DNA from: Candidatus Latescibacterota bacterium
GTDB lineage: Bacteria; Latescibacterota; UBA2968; GCA-2709665
Length of the DNA: 64,000 nt
Reading direction: 5' to 3'
Assembly: GCA_965198095.1 (NCBI GenBank)
Contig: OZ240239.1
Span: 118,641-182,640 of the forward strand
Notes under the pieces: generated by a model
The model's database searches: none
Told to the model about the DNA's origin: nothing
The model's input: only the letters and a program-made list of their open reading frames with translations
Shown: positions 61,192 to 64,000 of the stretch, piece after piece
Position numbering within the stretch: the stretch's first letter is position 1
How the letters are laid out: each line of letters begins with the position of its first letter
Made by a program: the position numbers and the translations under genes

Positions 61192-62712
61192 TTACTGTTT
61201 AGGAATCTGCAACGCATAAAGCTTCGCGTTGTCCATGGTAAAACGAACTCTGACCGGGAGATGCGCTCCGATATCCGAGTTTCCCCTCCACGTGAACGTA
61301 TGCGCCAGGCTGTCCCCCTTGAAGGTATCACAGTCCTCTCTGGAAAAGCCATCAACAACGTATCCATCCGAGGTTAGAAGTTCGGCGTCAATATAACCTC
61401 CGGACGCAACGGCGTTGACGACAAGTCGATTGCCCGGCGATTGAAGCGGTTTCGTCAACAGTGTAGGCGGGTAATTATTCTTGGTGCTTCTGTGCGAATT
61501 GTCGATCGCGTCGATGGAGACGAATCCGTCCAGCCGCAGCTTGGCCAGCCCGAGCTTTGTGTTACCACCCGCGTCGTGGCGGTTGTCCGTCCCGGTATAG
61601 TAAACCCAGTGCTCATCCCCGACCCGCATCGGGGCCTGTAACATTGCGCACATGCCCCACTCCCAGCTTCCATCCGGACCGAGGGGCAGAAAAGGCCCGG
61701 TTCTCAGCCGTTCCCAGTGGAAACTGTCCCTGCTGTGCGAAAGGTACATATCCATCGTGTCGTGCGCCGTGTGATGTGTCCTCACGAAGCCGAGGTAGAT
61801 GCTCTCGTAGTAGAACGCCTCCATGCCGTAGAAGTCCGTATCGAACGGATCCAGCGCGTCCTTGTCGATCACGGGCGCAGACATCGACCAGTGGATCAGG
61901 TCGTTGCTCTGCATCCTCTGGATCGATCGCTCCGTCCTGTGCACCAGCATCGGACTTGGATAGGGATTTCGACAAAATCCAAGGTACTTCTTGCTCACGG
62001 GATCATACATGATACTAAGCGTCTCGTCTCCTCGCCCGGCACTGATCGGCCCCGGGTCCGGCGTCCAGTGGATCCCGTCGGGGGAATGGAAGACCGCCGG
62101 CTGTCCTCCTCCGTGACCCATCTTGTAGCGTCTGGACGGATCGGCCTCAGGATCCTTCACGACGTATTGACACTTGGTCTCGTAAACGATGTTCGTGTCG
62201 CTGCCATCGGTGTGTTTCACCACGCCCAGCGGCGGCGTTTCCCACTTGATGCCGTCCTCCGAGGTGGCATACAGGATCCTATAGTTATAGCTTCGCACGG
62301 GCACACCTTCTACCGTCAGGCCGTTGTACCACATCTTCCAGATCCCGTCTTCTTCGTCGTAGAGGATCCTTGCCGGCCACGGCGCAGACCTGCCCTCCCA
62401 GTCGTGCGACCGCTGCATGATCGGATTGCCTTCGTACCGCACGGGCTGATTCACCGTCCGCGTCACGAAGGCGGTCGCCCTGAGCAGATGCCCTGGTACG
62501 TCCGCTTCGATCTTGTCGGTTGCCTCGCTCCATCCGTCCAGGTTCGTTCGCTCCTCGGCTGACGCCGGTATCCGCGGCTGTACCCATCGGGCCGTCTCCG
62601 CGAGACGAGGAGAAATCCAGCGCGTCGTCTCGATAATGTGGTCGTCCACAAAAAGCTGCTTGCGTGTACCGACATCAACGATCAGTTCTGATCCTGGAAC
62701 CTGTAACCTCAT
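61192..62712 (-). CDS. Five-bladed beta-propeller glycoside-hydrolase-like protein with a C-terminal beta-sandwich
   Basis: 506 aa. AAGGAGG lies 7 nt upstream. Repeated S.DG..W blades. LAKLRLDGFVSIDA. C-terminus ...VRVRFTMDNAKLYALQIPKQ. Confidence 0.8.
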   Translation of the reverse strand: MRLQVPGSELIVDVGTRKQLFVDDHIIETTRWISPRLAETARWVQPRIPASAEERTNLDGWSEATDKIEADVPGHLLRATAFVTRTVNQPVRYEGNPIMQRSHDWEGRSAPWPARILYDEEDGIWKMWYNGLTVEGVPVRSYNYRILYATSEDGIKWETPPLGVVKHTDGSDTNIVYETKCQYVVKDPEADPSRRYKMGHGGGQPAVFHSPDGIHWTPDPGPISAGRGDETLSIMYDPVSKKYLGFCRNPYPSPMLVHRTERSIQRMQSNDLIHWSMSAPVIDKDALDPFDTDFYGMEAFYYESIYLGFVRTHHTAHDTMDMYLSHSRDSFHWERLRTGPFLPLGPDGSWEWGMCAMLQAPMRVGDEHWVYYTGTDNRHDAGGNTKLGLAKLRLDGFVSIDAIDNSHRSTKNNYPPTLLTKPLQSPGNRLVVNAVASGGYIDAELLTSDGYVVDGFSREDCDTFKGDSLAHTFTWRGNSDIGAHLPVRVRFTMDNAKLYALQIPKQ

Positions 62713-62753
62713 TGATAAGCCTCCTTATCTCGATCCACGATTAGCGGGTTTGC

Positions 62754-62787
62754 GGTACCCGGTACCCGTATTTGACTTCCCAGTACC
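62754..62787. repeat. GGTACC-box copy 8 (GGTACCCGGTACCCGTATTTGACTTCCCAGTACCC)
   Basis: The left arm is duplicated and the right arm reads AGTACC. Ends 6 nt after the stop at 62794 and 42 nt before the start at 62712. Confidence 0.7.
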
Positions 62788-62793
62788 CGGTCT

Positions 62794-64000
62794 CTACTCT
62801 TGCGGAATTTGCAGGGCGAAGAGTCTCGCGTTATCCATGTAAAACCGAACTCTGATGGGAATGCAGCCACCTATATCCGCGTTTCCTTTCCAGGTGAACG
62901 TATGCGCCAGACTGTCCCCGTTGAACGTATCGCAGTCTTCCCTGGAATGCCCGTCGATCACGTTTCCATCTGTTGTCAACAACTCGGCGTCGAGATATCC
63001 CCCGGAAGCGACCGCGTTCACGACGAGCCGGTTTCCCGGCGATTGTAGCGGTTTGGTCAACAGCGTCGGCGGGTAGTTCCTTCCCGCGCGTCGGTGCGCG
63101 TTGTCGATCGCGTCGATCGACACGAACCCGTCCAGGCGAAGCTTCGCCAGCCCCAGACCCGCAGCATCACCATCCCCACCATCGTGCAGTCCCGCTACGC
63201 CCGTATAGTAGAACCAGAGCTCATCACCGACCCTCATCGGGGCCTGAAACATCTGGGCCATGCCCCATTCCCAACTCCCGTCTGATCCTCGAGGCAGAAA
63301 AGGTCCGGTCCGTATCCGCTCCCAGTGGAAACTGTCTCTGCTGTGGGACAGCCACACCTCCATGTGATCAGGGCCCGTTCGGTGAATGTTCACAAATCCC
63401 AGATACATACTCTCATAGTACATCCCCTGCAAACCGTAAAAGTCGGTGTCGAAAGGATCCAGCGGGTCCTTGTCGATGATGGGGGCCGATATCGACCAGT
63501 GGATCAGATCATTGCTCTGCAGCCTCTGGGTCGATCGCTCCGTCCGGTGGGTCAGCCACGGTTCAGGATAGACGTTTCGGCAGAACCCGAGATATTTCTT
63601 GCTCACGGGGTCATACATGATGGACAGGGTCTCGTCCCCTCGGTCGCTCTGGGTCGGACCCGGGTCGGGCGTCCAGTGGATTCCGTCGGGGGAATGGTAG
63701 ACCGAGGCATCGATCGGGGGGTCCCAGTGGAGCAACGGACCGTGACCCATCTTGTAACGCCTGGAAGGGTCTGCGTCTTTGTCCTTCACAACGTACTGAC
63801 TCTTGCATTCGTTCACGATATTCGTGTCGTTCCCATCTCTGTCTTTCGCGACCCCCAGCGTCGGTCTTTCCCACGTGATGCCGTCTTCAGACGTGGCATA
63901 CATCGTGTTGTACACGATCTTCCGTTCAGGGAACTCGTCGACGGTCACGCCGAGGTACCACATCTTCCAGATCCCGTCTTCCTCATCGTACATAATGTCC
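62794..64000 (-). CDS. Beta-propeller glycoside-hydrolase-like protein (tandem paralog; N-terminus beyond the window end)
   Basis: The frame stays open upstream of the track Met (..DIMYDEEDGIWKMWY aligns with internal ..RILYDEEDGIWKMWY of 61192-62712). Collinear to the C-terminus ...IRVRFYMDNARLFALQIPQE. Confidence 0.85.
   Translation of the reverse strand, partial: DIMYDEEDGIWKMWYLGVTVDEFPERKIVYNTMYATSEDGITWERPTLGVAKDRDGNDTNIVNECKSQYVVKDKDADPSRRYKMGHGPLLHWDPPIDASVYHSPDGIHWTPDPGPTQSDRGDETLSIMYDPVSKKYLGFCRNVYPEPWLTHRTERSTQRLQSNDLIHWSISAPIIDKDPLDPFDTDFYGLQGMYYESMYLGFVNIHRTGPDHMEVWLSHSRDSFHWERIRTGPFLPRGSDGSWEWGMAQMFQAPMRVGDELWFYYTGVAGLHDGGDGDAAGLGLAKLRLDGFVSIDAIDNAHRRAGRNYPPTLLTKPLQSPGNRLVVNAVASGGYLDAELLTTDGNVIDGHSREDCDTFNGDSLAHTFTWKGNADIGGCIPIRVRFYMDNARLFALQIPQE

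Overview
High-GC bacterial chromosomal segment. No search tools were used, so all calls rest on reading the translations and the DNA. By my reading it comes from an uncultivated polysaccharide degrader with FCB-type outer-membrane features: a PorV-like barrel and a T9SS-type C-terminal sorting domain. All 45 supportable protein-coding genes and 2 gene remnants lie on the minus strand. Every long plus-strand ORF in the track looks like an antisense shadow. I saw no tRNA, rRNA, CRISPR array, transcription regulator or inner-membrane transporter. The content is a large glycan and amino-acid catabolic island with strong paralogy. It holds 5 intact copies and 1 remnant of an uncharacterised TIM-barrel glycoside-hydrolase-like family starting ..NNDGS... 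It also holds 2 GH36-like genes, 4 beta-propeller hydrolase-like genes, 3 PhyH dioxygenases, 2 signal-peptide-less Cys-type sulfatases and 2 enolase-superfamily genes. Single-copy genes include GH127, a BNR sialidase-like protein, both aconitase-X subunits, a D-lyxose-isomerase-like cupin, an M19 dipeptidase and others. One outer-membrane module is present at 24842-33258: a TonB-dependent-receptor-like barrel, a secreted FN3/T9SS-CTD protein, a PorV-like barrel and a lipoprotein. The most unusual material is intergenic. (1) A REP-associated tyrosine transposase (RAYT) sits between its own REPIN doublets. One flank is amplified into a 5 x 125-nt array, and the gene 3' end is frameshifted by a perfect 19-bp tandem duplication. 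(2) REP hairpins at seven loci have stems that differ only by fully compensated base pairs. (3) A GGTACC-N16-GGTACC box occurs 8 times, always a few nt after a stop codon. (4) Several further palindromic families sit in gene leaders. (5) A 240-nt terminator-bearing module is duplicated behind two outer-membrane genes.
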